Source: an uncultured Gemmatimonadota bacterium
GTDB lineage: Bacteria > SM23-81
Length of the DNA: 14,202 bases
Assembly: GCA_964584035.1 (NCBI GenBank)
Contig: CAZOYL010000065.1
Coordinates: forward strand, 1-14,202
Direction of reading: 5' to 3'
Below the pieces are notes generated by a model that was given only the letters and a program-made list of their open reading frames with translations, did not search any database and had not been told where the DNA came from. Shown here piece after piece: positions 1-7,258 of this stretch. The first letter of the stretch is position 1, and the number at the start of each line of letters is the position of its first letter. The position numbers and the translations under genes are program-made.

Positions 1-11
1 CCGCTGTAAGT

Positions 12-87
12 TGGTGGAGCAGAGCGGGATCGAACCGCCGGCCTCATCCGTGCGAGGGATGCGCTCTCCCAGCTGAGCTACTGCCCC
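12..87 (-). tRNA. tRNA-Ala (anticodon CGC)
   Basis: Reverse complement GGGGCAGTAGCTCAGCTGGGAGAGCGCATCCCTCGCACGGATGAGGCCGGCGGTTCGATCCCGCTCTGCTCCACCA folds as a 76-nt cloverleaf. Anticodon arm is CATCC-CT CGC AC-GGATG, the G3:U70 alanine identity pair is present, the T-loop is TTCGATC and CCA is encoded. Confidence 0.97.
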
Positions 88-230
88 ACGTTCAGAATGA
101 TCATTCGGAACGGCTGTCAGAGCTCCCCCGGAACGTTATCAAGTCACTCGAAAATTGGGTCAGTGCCCGCCGGAAACCCGCCAGCAAGGCCAATAATGCC
201 GATCCATTGCTGAGCCAGCCGCAGTCAACT

Positions 231-258
231 AATATAGCATCTCCGCCTCTAAAGTCAA
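231..258 (-). promoter_or_regulatory. sigma70-type promoter, probably driving tRNA-Ala
   Basis: Minus strand reads TTGACT (258-253), 16 nt spacer ending in TGC (extended -10), TATATT (236-231). It points toward the tRNA. Confidence 0.6.
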
Positions 259-424
259 GGACATTTTCCCGCCCTTCGGAGACGGCCAATGCCCCTGGAA
301 ATGACCGATTGGAAGGCATCCACGACCGGGTGCGAAGATCGCTGTGTCCCTGAGAAACGGGGCCCGTCCTGAGGACAAAGATCTGCCGTCGCCGGTCGCC
401 GAAACGGAGAAAAGGATATTTCCC

Positions 425-453
425 TTGACTTTTTAAAAATAATCCTTTATAAT
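425..453 (+). promoter_or_regulatory. sigma70 promoter of the perR operon
   Basis: TTGACT (425-430), 17 nt spacer, TATAAT (448-453), in an AT-rich patch of an otherwise GC-rich sequence. Confidence 0.85.
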
Positions 454-464
454 AATAATTATTG
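447..464. promoter_or_regulatory. Fur/Per-box-like 7-1-7 operator
   Basis: TAATAAT-A-ATTATTG (450-464) with a perfect inverted core AATAAT-A-ATTATT (451-463). TTATAAT (447-453) matches the Per-box half-site. It overlaps the -10 and likely TSS upstream of a PerR-like gene. Confidence 0.65.
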
Positions 465-517
465 GTCAATAAACTTTATTGTCCAGGCGATGCACATCTC
501 CTCATCGACCGGCCATC

Positions 518-940
518 ATGAATAAGGTCATCAAACAGCTCAAAGAGAAGGGCGTGGTCCTGACCCACCAGAGGCTGGCCGTGCTGCAATATCTTGGCGG
601 TCGGCCGGATCGTCATCCCTGCGCCGCGGAGATCCACCGGCACCTTCGCCGGCGGTATCCGACCATTTCTCTGGCGACGATTTACAGCACACTGGAGCTG
701 CTTCGCAAGGCGGGTCACATCCGGGAACTTTCCATCCGCGGGCATCCCTCCTGCTTCGATATGGCTGAAAAACCGCACTATCACCTGCTGTGTCGTCGAT
801 GCGGGCGTATTATAGACGTGGACCTGCCCTGTCCCTCTCTGAACGATGAGCTGCTTCAGGGACATCGCGTAGAGGAGATCGAGCTCTATCTCTATGGCAC
901 CTGCCGGGATTGTCTTGGAAGCGAGGCGCCGGCGGCTTAG
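518..940 (+). CDS. perR: Fur-family transcriptional repressor, PerR-like
   Basis: Fur N-terminal motifs (LTHQRLAVL, HPxA, ISLATIYSTL), two structural-Zn CxxC motifs (CRRC, CRDC), and equivalents of the five PerR regulatory-metal ligands (H in HPCA, D in CFD, HYH, D in IIDV). ATG 518 fits Fur length better than TTG 479. No clear SD. Confidence 0.85.
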   Translation: MNKVIKQLKEKGVVLTHQRLAVLQYLGGRPDRHPCAAEIHRHLRRRYPTISLATIYSTLELLRKAGHIRELSIRGHPSCFDMAEKPHYHLLCRRCGRIIDVDLPCPSLNDELLQGHRVEEIELYLYGTCRDCLGSEAPAA

Positions 941-1067
941 GCCGCCGCGCATCCTCGCCGGCCGTCATCCGGCCCGAACGGTCCGGCAGATCCATCGGGG
1001 ACCGTTCCGTCAGCTTTCTATAGCCTGAAACGTCTTCGAAACCGACCGTTTACACTGGAGGAAGAAC

Positions 1068-1592
1068 ATGTCGCAGATCGCCCCGAATGTCAGAGAGGCC
1101 ATTCAAACGGCCATTCAGCTGGAAAAGGATGGCCAGGCTTTTTTCGACCAGGCCGCGCAGGAAACGGACAACGAATTAGGTAAAAAGATGTTTCGTAAGC
1201 TGGCCGCCGACGAGGTGCGGCATTTGCAGACCTTTAAAAAGATGTTTCAGACCATTGCCGATCCACAGACCTGGAAACAGCTCATGGCGGCGGGTTCGCC
1301 CGGAAAGACGATGCCCTTTTTCGGGCAGAAGGCCGCTCAGAGGACGCCGTCGGAGAAAGGGGCCGGAGAATTGAGCGCTCTGCAGCAGGCCCTGGAGGTC
1401 GAGAGAAAAGCCATCGCCTTTTTTAAGAGCACCGCACAGGGAACGGATGATCCCGAGGCCAAACGGATCTTCGAGACCATCGCCAGAGAGGAAGAGGGGC
1501 ATTATGATCTCATCCAGGCCCAGATCGATTCGGTGACCCATGCGGGATTCTGGTTCGACATCGGAGAATTTCAGATGGACGGGATGTATTGA
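1068..1592 (+). CDS. Rubrerythrin/ferritin-like diiron protein lacking a rubredoxin domain
   Basis: Duplicated E...ExxH pattern (LEKD...EVRH and VERK...EEGH) in a four-helix layout. GGAGGA SD upstream. Confidence 0.88.
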   Translation: MSQIAPNVREAIQTAIQLEKDGQAFFDQAAQETDNELGKKMFRKLAADEVRHLQTFKKMFQTIADPQTWKQLMAAGSPGKTMPFFGQKAAQRTPSEKGAGELSALQQALEVERKAIAFFKSTAQGTDDPEAKRIFETIAREEEGHYDLIQAQIDSVTHAGFWFDIGEFQMDGMY

Positions 1593-1608
1593 TGGAGGTG
1601 AGCGGGTG

Positions 1609-2382
1609 ATGACCGAACTGAGGAAAGCCGGAGCCTTCGCGGGCTCGCTGATGGTCCTGTTGTCCTTCCTGTTGATCCCGATCGCCGGTCTCATGGGGAC
1701 CGCCGGTGCCGCCGGCGTATTGCCGGAGAAGGATCGCGAGAAGATTGGAGAACAGCTGAAGGATCTTGCCGGAGAGGTCAACATGGTGATGTTCACCCAG
1801 GAGTTGGAATGTCAGTACTGCACTCAGACCAGAGGACTTCTGGAGGAGCTGGCGGCCATGTCCGATCGGCTGACGTTGACCGTATTCGACTTCGTCGCCG
1901 ACGCCGAGGAGGTGCAAAAATACGGCATCGATAAGATTCCGGCCACGGTGCTGATGACCGACCGGGACGTCGGCATCCGGTATTACGGTGTGCCGGCCGG
2001 ATACGAGCTGACCACACTGGTGGAAACCATCCGGGATCTCTCGGCGGGCGAGACGGGACTCGATCCCGGTGTGCTGGCGGATCTGGCCGATCTCTCGGAG
2101 GATATTCACATTCAGGTTTTCGTGACCCCCACCTGTCCCTATTGTCCGGCCGCCGTCCGAACCGCCTATCGGCTCGCCCAGGAGCATGATCGTATCCGGG
2201 CCGACGGTGTGGAGGTGGTGGAATTTCCCTATCTGACCACCAGGTATAATGTCCGCGGTATACCCATGGTGGTCATCAACGAACAGGTCAATTTTGTCGG
2301 GGCTCGTTCAGAGGCCTATTTCGCCGAGAAGATCCTGGAAGCGGCCGGAAGGCGCGGACAGGACGGAAAGGATAGTCGATGA
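1609..2382 (+). CDS. Protein disulfide oxidoreductase (PfPDO/AhpF-NTD-like, two thioredoxin folds) with N-terminal signal-peptide-like extension
   Basis: CQYC and CPYC active sites, IRYYGVPAGYE, FVTPTCPYCP and cis-Pro motifs (KIPA, GIPM). GGAGGTG SD at 1594-1600 supports GTG 1606 or ATG 1609 rather than 1540. Confidence 0.9.
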   Translation: MTELRKAGAFAGSLMVLLSFLLIPIAGLMGTAGAAGVLPEKDREKIGEQLKDLAGEVNMVMFTQELECQYCTQTRGLLEELAAMSDRLTLTVFDFVADAEEVQKYGIDKIPATVLMTDRDVGIRYYGVPAGYELTTLVETIRDLSAGETGLDPGVLADLADLSEDIHIQVFVTPTCPYCPAAVRTAYRLAQEHDRIRADGVEVVEFPYLTTRYNVRGIPMVVINEQVNFVGARSEAYFAEKILEAAGRRGQDGKDSR

Positions 2383-2525
2383 GCAGAGGAACGCTGTTTT
2401 TGCTGATCTTTCTGGTGGTCTGGTTTGTGCTGCTGCGTTTTGTGCTGCCCAGAATGGGCGTTTCCACCTGAATGAAATCAACCTGTGCGCCCGAGGATCG
2501 GGCGAAAATTGAAGAGAAGAAATGA
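2379..2525 (+). CDS. Small single-TM protein, putative selenoprotein: MSRGTLFLLIFLVVWFVLLRFVLPRMGVST-U-MKSTCAPEDRAKIEEKK (48 aa)
   Basis: AAGGA SD at 2368-2372. ATG 2379 overlaps the PDO stop (ATGA). About 20 hydrophobic residues, then in-frame TGA at 2469-2471 followed by a SECIS-like hairpin and Cys five codons later. The second TGA (2523-2525) abuts the terminator. Confidence 0.7.
2488..2504 (+). promoter_or_regulatory. Putative bacterial SECIS element
   Basis: Perfect stem CGCCCGA/TCGGGCG with a GGA apical loop. The first loop G (2495) lies 23 nt after the UGA, consistent with the bacterial SECIS model. Confidence 0.6.
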
Positions 2526-2555
2526 GGCGAAGATTCACTTTTCGCCTCTTTTTTT
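2524..2555 (+). terminator. Rho-independent terminator ending the perR operon
   Basis: GAGGCGAAG...TTTTCGCCTC hairpin followed by T7 (2549-2555). Confidence 0.85.
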
Positions 2556-2597
2556 GCCTTCCGGTCGCCCGCCGCGGGACGGTCGCGCATTTTCCCC

Positions 2598-2626
2598 TTG
2601 CGAAAGCTCGTGCACCGGTCTATTCT
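2598..2626 (+). promoter_or_regulatory. Possible sigma70 promoter for the sugar kinase
   Basis: TTGCGA (2598-2603), 17 nt, TATTCT (2621-2626), just downstream of the terminator. Confidence 0.5.
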
Positions 2627-2719
2627 ATTAGAACCGGACCGGAGTTTTCATCAGGGACGAGCACCGAATCGGTGGAGCGATCGAATCGCAACCATACACC
2701 TGACAAAGGATGAGCGGTT

Positions 2720-3688
2720 ATGGAGTATATCGTGGGGGTCGACGGCGGCGGCACCAAGACCGCCGGATACCTGGTGGATCTGGAGGGGCGCGTGCGGGCT
2801 CAGGCCACCGCCGGGCCGGCCAATTATCAGATCGTCGGCGCCGAGGGCATTCGCCGGGAGATTGCCCGGCTGGTGGCGGATCTTTTTGAAGCCGCCCGAA
2901 TCGAGCCGCAGCGGCTGGCCTGCATCGCCCTCGGGCTCGCCGGTGTGGGCCGTCCGGGGGAACCGGAGGCCGTGGCCGGGGTGGTGGAACAGCTGGACCT
3001 GGCCCGGGAGGTGGTGGTCGATCACGATGCCATGATCGCTCTGGTGGGCGCCCTGGTCGACCGCCCGGGCGTGATCATCATCGCCGGCACAGGCTCTATC
3101 GCCCTGGGAAGGAACCAGCGCGGCGAGCGGGTCCGGGTGGGCGGATGGGGATATATGCTGGGAGATGAGGGCGGCGGCTTCTACATCGCCCGGGCCGCCC
3201 TGGCGGCCGTCATGAGGGCCTACGACGGCCGTGACGAGAACACCCGGCTGACCGCCGGCCTGCTGGAGGCGCTGGGACTCTCCGATCCGCAGGAGATCAT
3301 TCCGCGGATCTATCGTCAGGGAATGAGCCATACCGAGATGGCCGCCCTGGCGCCGGTCGTTTTCCTGGCCGCCCGGGAGGGCGACCGGGTGGCCGCCGGC
3401 ATCATCCGGAAGGCGGGGCGGGAGCTGGGGCTTATGGCTGCTACGGCCATCCGGATGCTGGCGATGGAACAGAGCGAGGTGGAGGTCGGTCTGGTGGGCA
3501 GCGTGTTTAAGAGCCGGGAGCTGCTGCTCGATGCCATGCGGGATGGTCTGGGCGATGAGCTCAGGGCCAAGTTTATCGCGCCTCGCCTGAATCCGGTGGG
3601 GGGAGCGGCGGTCATGGCCCTGAAAGAGGTCGGGACAGCCGTCACCCCGGAGGTCCTGAAACATTTGCAGCACGCTCAATCCGAATGA
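2720..3688 (+). CDS. BadF/BadG/BcrA/BcrD-family ATPase, N-acetylglucosamine/N-acetylmuramate kinase-like
   Basis: GVDGGGTKT phosphate-1 motif, GLAG, DHDA, IAGTGS and GGWGYMLGDEGGG motifs. AAGGA SD upstream. Confidence 0.9.
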   Translation: MEYIVGVDGGGTKTAGYLVDLEGRVRAQATAGPANYQIVGAEGIRREIARLVADLFEAARIEPQRLACIALGLAGVGRPGEPEAVAGVVEQLDLAREVVVDHDAMIALVGALVDRPGVIIIAGTGSIALGRNQRGERVRVGGWGYMLGDEGGGFYIARAALAAVMRAYDGRDENTRLTAGLLEALGLSDPQEIIPRIYRQGMSHTEMAALAPVVFLAAREGDRVAAGIIRKAGRELGLMAATAIRMLAMEQSEVEVGLVGSVFKSRELLLDAMRDGLGDELRAKFIAPRLNPVGGAAVMALKEVGTAVTPEVLKHLQHAQSE

Positions 3689-3726
3689 AATCATAGAATT
3701 GCTTAAAAACTTCAACAAAAAACCCC

Positions 3727-3755
3727 TTGACAACCGAAGAACCTTCTGATACAAT
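3727..3755 (+). promoter_or_regulatory. Strong sigma70 promoter
   Basis: TTGACA (3727-3732), 17 nt with TG extended -10, TACAAT (3750-3755), preceded by an A-rich UP-like tract. Confidence 0.8.
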
Positions 3756-3825
3756 AGAGACGGATAGGAGGACGTCTTTTCTGTGAGCGCCGGGAGCAGA
3801 ATAACAGGTTTTACGCCGATAACTT

Positions 3826-4908
3826 ATGCACAAGTTTACGAAGCCATTCTGGAGATTGGCCGGCCTGATGCTGATCGGCCTCTGCCTGCCAGCCGCCTCG
3901 GCCCGGGCGGCGGACCGGTGTGTGATGATCGAGTACTTCACCGATGTGCGCTGCGTACCCTGTACCGTGACGACGGCGGCACTCGATTCGCTGACCGAGG
4001 AATACCCCGACTCCCAGCTGGCCATCATCCGGTGCCATGGCAAAGAGGATAGTCCCTTCTATCGTCCGGCCGCAGAGGCCCGCTTGGATTACTATGGTAT
4101 CTGGATAATTCCCAGGTGCTTTTTCGACGGGGTTAGGGTCGATTCGGTCCATCAATATAAGGCTGCTATCGAGAACCGCCTGGCCGTTCCCAGCCCTCTG
4201 GAGATCTCACTGAGCGCCGTCTACGACAGTCTCACCGGAGGCGGACAGATCATCGCCCAGGTGGAGGCCGTCGACTCGGTGGGCGGTCAGGATCTGAGGC
4301 TGCGATATGCCCTCATCGAATCCGGACTGGTCTTCGAGGGAAAGCAGTATCCGGAGGTCCTCGTGGACCTGTTTCCCGGCGCCGAGGGGGTCAGCTTCGA
4401 GATCGAATCGGGACAGGTCTTTCGCGACACCGTCGATTTCGACCGGGACGAACTTTTAATTCCGGAGGACTGTTCGGACATAGACACCCTGAAGATCACC
4501 TGTGTGGCCTGGGTGCAGGATGATAACGGCAGGGAGATCCATCAGAGCGTTCAGATGCCCCTGGATCTGCTGCCGGCCAGCCCGAGGGTGGTCACCGAGC
4601 TGGCCGCCGTCCTGGCGGGACCGTACATATATGTGACCTGGACTCCCGTGACTCTGGACATCTATTGCCGCTCGATCACGGTCGATGACTATCAGATCTA
4701 TCGCTGTAGCAGTCTCTATTACAACCCCGGCGCGGCCGTGCTGCTCGATTCTACGCTCGAGACCGCATATCTTGACAGTACCTGTGCCTGTGTGAAGAGC
4801 CTTCTGGGGAATTGTTTTTACTACGTCATGGCCGAGGTCGAAGGGCGGATATCCGAGCCGTCCAACGCCGTCGGAGAGATCGACCACTACTTGTATCGCT
4901 CAAAATAG
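3826..4908 (+). CDS. Secreted Omp28-related thioredoxin-like (CxxC) protein with C-terminal Fn3-like domain
   Basis: Signal peptide ending ASARA-A, then VMIEYFTDVRCVPC, RLDYYGIWIIPRCFFDG and an Ig-like region ending VAWVQDDNGREIHQS, as in Omp28-like proteins. C-terminal beta-rich domain with VTW, YQIYR and FYYVMA. Start codon uncertain. Confidence 0.75.
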   Translation: MHKFTKPFWRLAGLMLIGLCLPAASARAADRCVMIEYFTDVRCVPCTVTTAALDSLTEEYPDSQLAIIRCHGKEDSPFYRPAAEARLDYYGIWIIPRCFFDGVRVDSVHQYKAAIENRLAVPSPLEISLSAVYDSLTGGGQIIAQVEAVDSVGGQDLRLRYALIESGLVFEGKQYPEVLVDLFPGAEGVSFEIESGQVFRDTVDFDRDELLIPEDCSDIDTLKITCVAWVQDDNGREIHQSVQMPLDLLPASPRVVTELAAVLAGPYIYVTWTPVTLDIYCRSITVDDYQIYRCSSLYYNPGAAVLLDSTLETAYLDSTCACVKSLLGNCFYYVMAEVEGRISEPSNAVGEIDHYLYRSK

Positions 4909-4950
4909 ATTCTGAACGACCCTGGTATGAGGAGAGCGGAACATGCCGTG

Positions 4951-4984
4951 GCCGCCGACGATGATGATATCGTGGGCGGTTTTT
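4951..4984 (+). terminator. Rho-independent terminator
   Basis: GCCGCC-G-ACGAT / ATCGT-G-GGCGGT hairpin followed by a T-run, about 40 nt after the stop codon. Confidence 0.7.
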
Positions 4985-5024
4985 CATTTAGGGATGATTG
5001 AAAAGGAGATGCTTTGGAAAAAGG

Positions 5025-5053
5025 TTGACAGAGCAGGGGGCGACCGCTATCTT
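5025..5053 (+). promoter_or_regulatory. sigma70 promoter for the DUF3160 gene cluster
   Basis: TTGACA (5025-5030), 17 nt, TATCTT (5048-5053). Confidence 0.7.
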
Positions 5054-5107
5054 TCTGCTGGCTGTCGGCACGGTACGGACCGATTTTTCAGAAAGGAGAG
5101 GGCTGTG

Positions 5108-7258
5108 ATGAGACGACGTTCGGTGAACGGACTGACCGCGACGGTGCTCCTGACGACGGTGCTCCTGGTGACGGTGCCGTCGGTGACCGTTTTCGCCGGG
5201 GAGCCGAACGGCTCGTTCTCCCTGGATGAGCTGGAGGGGCTGCCCTTCCCCGAACAGGCCCGGGAACTCTTGCGGAAAAACGGTTTTGTGGTCACGCCCG
5301 GTCACGGAAATGAGATTCTGGATATCTATCGTGCGGCCAAGGATCGGGGCGAGCACATCTTCGTGACCACCGACGGAGTCCTGCACACCGCCCACATGTT
5401 CTTCGATTTTCTGCTGCGGATCGTGGAGATCGAGAAGCTGTACGATCTCACCGACCGGCTCACCGAGCGCATGCTGACGGAATCGCTGGAGCAATATCGA
5501 CGGGCCGATGACGATACGGTCAGGGAGATGGCCCGGCTGAACGTCGGGTACTTTTCCGTGGCCCGCCGGCTGCTGCATCCCGAATGTCCGGTCCCGCTGG
5601 ACCTCGAGGAACTCGTTGCCCGGGAGCTGAGCCATATCGAGGCGCATCAAGGGTTCGCCCCCCGGGCGCTGTTAAGCTATGTCCGCGCCTCGGATTTCAT
5701 GGATGCGCCCTATGCTTTCGAGGATTACAGCCAGTATGTTCCCCGCGGGCATTACACCCGCAACGAGGCCTTCGAGCGGTATTTCCGGACCATGATGTGG
5801 TATGGACGGATCGATTTCAAGCTGCGTCCCGGCTCCCGGGACCCGGCCCTGACCCATGGGCGGCGGATGACCCTGCAGGCGCTGCTCATCACCGACATCT
5901 TCTTACGGGACAGGGAAATCTATAAGCTGTGGGAACGCATCTATGAGCCCACCACCTATTTTGTCGGCCGAACGGACGATCTCAGCGTTGCGGACTATAT
6001 CCGGCTGGTCAGGAAGGTCTACCCGGCCGGGGGCCCGGTGGATAAATATGCCGCCCCGGCCCTGCTGGATGGCTTCATCGATGAGGCCGTTAGGCTGGCC
6101 GATCCCCGGATCCTGTCCGGGGCCGCCTTCGTCGAGGATGGCGAGTTCGCCGCCACCACCAAGGGGTTTCGGTTTATGGGACAGCGGTACATTCCGGACT
6201 CCTATATGTTTCAGGAGCTGGTCTTCGGCGTGAAAGATCTGGGCCCGCAGGGTGAAAAGATGATCCTGCGGTACACCGGATCCGGCCGGCCCTTCACCAT
6301 GGAATACATCCCCAACGTGGGGCCGGCCCGGGCCTTCCCCCGCGGCCTCGATATTATGGCCGTTCTCGGCTCGGGGCGGGCCCTGGAGATCCTGACCAGG
6401 GAGGGCGATACCGAGTACAGCTATTATGATGAGCAGCTCGGCCGGCTGCAGGAGAAGTTCGCCGGCAAGGGCGCGGCCGAGTGGACCCAGAATCTTTACT
6501 GGCGCTGGCTCGATGCTCTCCGGCCGCTGCTGGATGAGCCCGGCGATCAGGGCTGGCCCGCCTTTATGCTCAGCCCCGCCTGGCAGGACAAGACCCTGCA
6601 GACCGCTCTGGGCTCCTGGACCGAGCTGCGGCACGATACCATCCTGTACGCCAAGCAGAGCACCACCATGATGGCCAAGGCCGCTCCCCCCAGGCCGAAG
6701 ACGACCCGCGGATACGTCGAGCCTTACGCCGACGTCTACCGCCGGCTGGGGGAGATGATGCACCATCTTCGCCGGCAGCTGGGTGATCTGGGACTCGATC
6801 TTCCCCAGGTGGCCGGGAAGATCGAGCAGTTCGAGGAGCTGCTGGCCGCCCTGGAGACGATCTCGAAAAAGGAGCTTGGCGGGGAACAGATCTCAGATGA
6901 GGAATACGCCATCATCCGCAACATCGGCGGCCGGCTCTCCTCGCTGAAGCTGTTTCCCAAGGAGATACTGGAAAAGATCACCTCCGGGACCGATGAGAAG
7001 ATGGACCTGGTGGCCGACGTGCACACCGAGCCCAACACCGGGCAGGTCCTGGAGGAGGGCGTCGGCTCACCGGCTAACATCTATGTCATCGTCGATGATG
7101 CCGGCGGTCGGCGGATCTGCCGGGGCGGCGTCTTCTCCTATTATGAGTTCAAGCATCCCCTGGACGACCGGCTGACCGACGAGGTCTGGCAACAGATGGG
7201 AGAGGATCGGCGCCGGCCCGATCCGCCTCCATGGACCGCTTCCTTCTCGGCCAGATGA
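5108..7258 (+). CDS. DUF3160-domain secreted protein
   Basis: Family-typical motifs FVTTDGVLH, DYSQYVPRGHYT, YFRTMMWYGR, FRFMGQRYIPDS, LGSWTELRHDTILYAKQS, GYVEP, ADVHT and GGVFSYYEF..RLTDEVW. Start moved to ATG 5108 because of the AAGGAG SD, the signal peptide and the terminator/promoter lying upstream. Confidence 0.85.
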   Translation: MRRRSVNGLTATVLLTTVLLVTVPSVTVFAGEPNGSFSLDELEGLPFPEQARELLRKNGFVVTPGHGNEILDIYRAAKDRGEHIFVTTDGVLHTAHMFFDFLLRIVEIEKLYDLTDRLTERMLTESLEQYRRADDDTVREMARLNVGYFSVARRLLHPECPVPLDLEELVARELSHIEAHQGFAPRALLSYVRASDFMDAPYAFEDYSQYVPRGHYTRNEAFERYFRTMMWYGRIDFKLRPGSRDPALTHGRRMTLQALLITDIFLRDREIYKLWERIYEPTTYFVGRTDDLSVADYIRLVRKVYPAGGPVDKYAAPALLDGFIDEAVRLADPRILSGAAFVEDGEFAATTKGFRFMGQRYIPDSYMFQELVFGVKDLGPQGEKMILRYTGSGRPFTMEYIPNVGPARAFPRGLDIMAVLGSGRALEILTREGDTEYSYYDEQLGRLQEKFAGKGAAEWTQNLYWRWLDALRPLLDEPGDQGWPAFMLSPAWQDKTLQTALGSWTELRHDTILYAKQSTTMMAKAAPPRPKTTRGYVEPYADVYRRLGEMMHHLRRQLGDLGLDLPQVAGKIEQFEELLAALETISKKELGGEQISDEEYAIIRNIGGRLSSLKLFPKEILEKITSGTDEKMDLVADVHTEPNTGQVLEEGVGSPANIYVIVDDAGGRRICRGGVFSYYEFKHPLDDRLTDEVWQQMGEDRRRPDPPPWTASFSAR
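5140..5184 (+). repeat. Three imperfect 15-nt tandem repeats in signal-peptide coding region
   Basis: GACGGTGCTCCTGAC / GACGGTGCTCCTGGT / GACGGTGCCGTCGGT encoding TVLLT-TVLLV-TVPSV. Confidence 0.75.

Noticed and set aside
1..87. tRNA as integration site of a genomic island covering this window
   Set aside because: The tRNA 3' end points out of the window. I saw no integrase, att-like duplicate or compositional shift inside it.
101..469. 122-aa minus-strand ORF
   Set aside because: It runs through two promoters and the tRNA leader, and has no recognisable motifs or SD.
2249..2713. ORF-track entries 2249..2512, 2288..2590, 2308..2538 and 2522..2713
   Set aside because: Shadow frames overlapping the PDO gene and the terminator. 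The frame starting at 2379 has the SD, coupling and TM helix.
3940..3965. Selenocysteine in the Omp28-like or PDO CxxC motifs
   Set aside because: All these codons are TGC or TGT, with no in-frame TGA.
4943..5107. 55-aa N-terminal extension of the DUF3160 ORF
   Set aside because: It spans a terminator and a promoter. The SD and signal peptide indicate a start at 5108.
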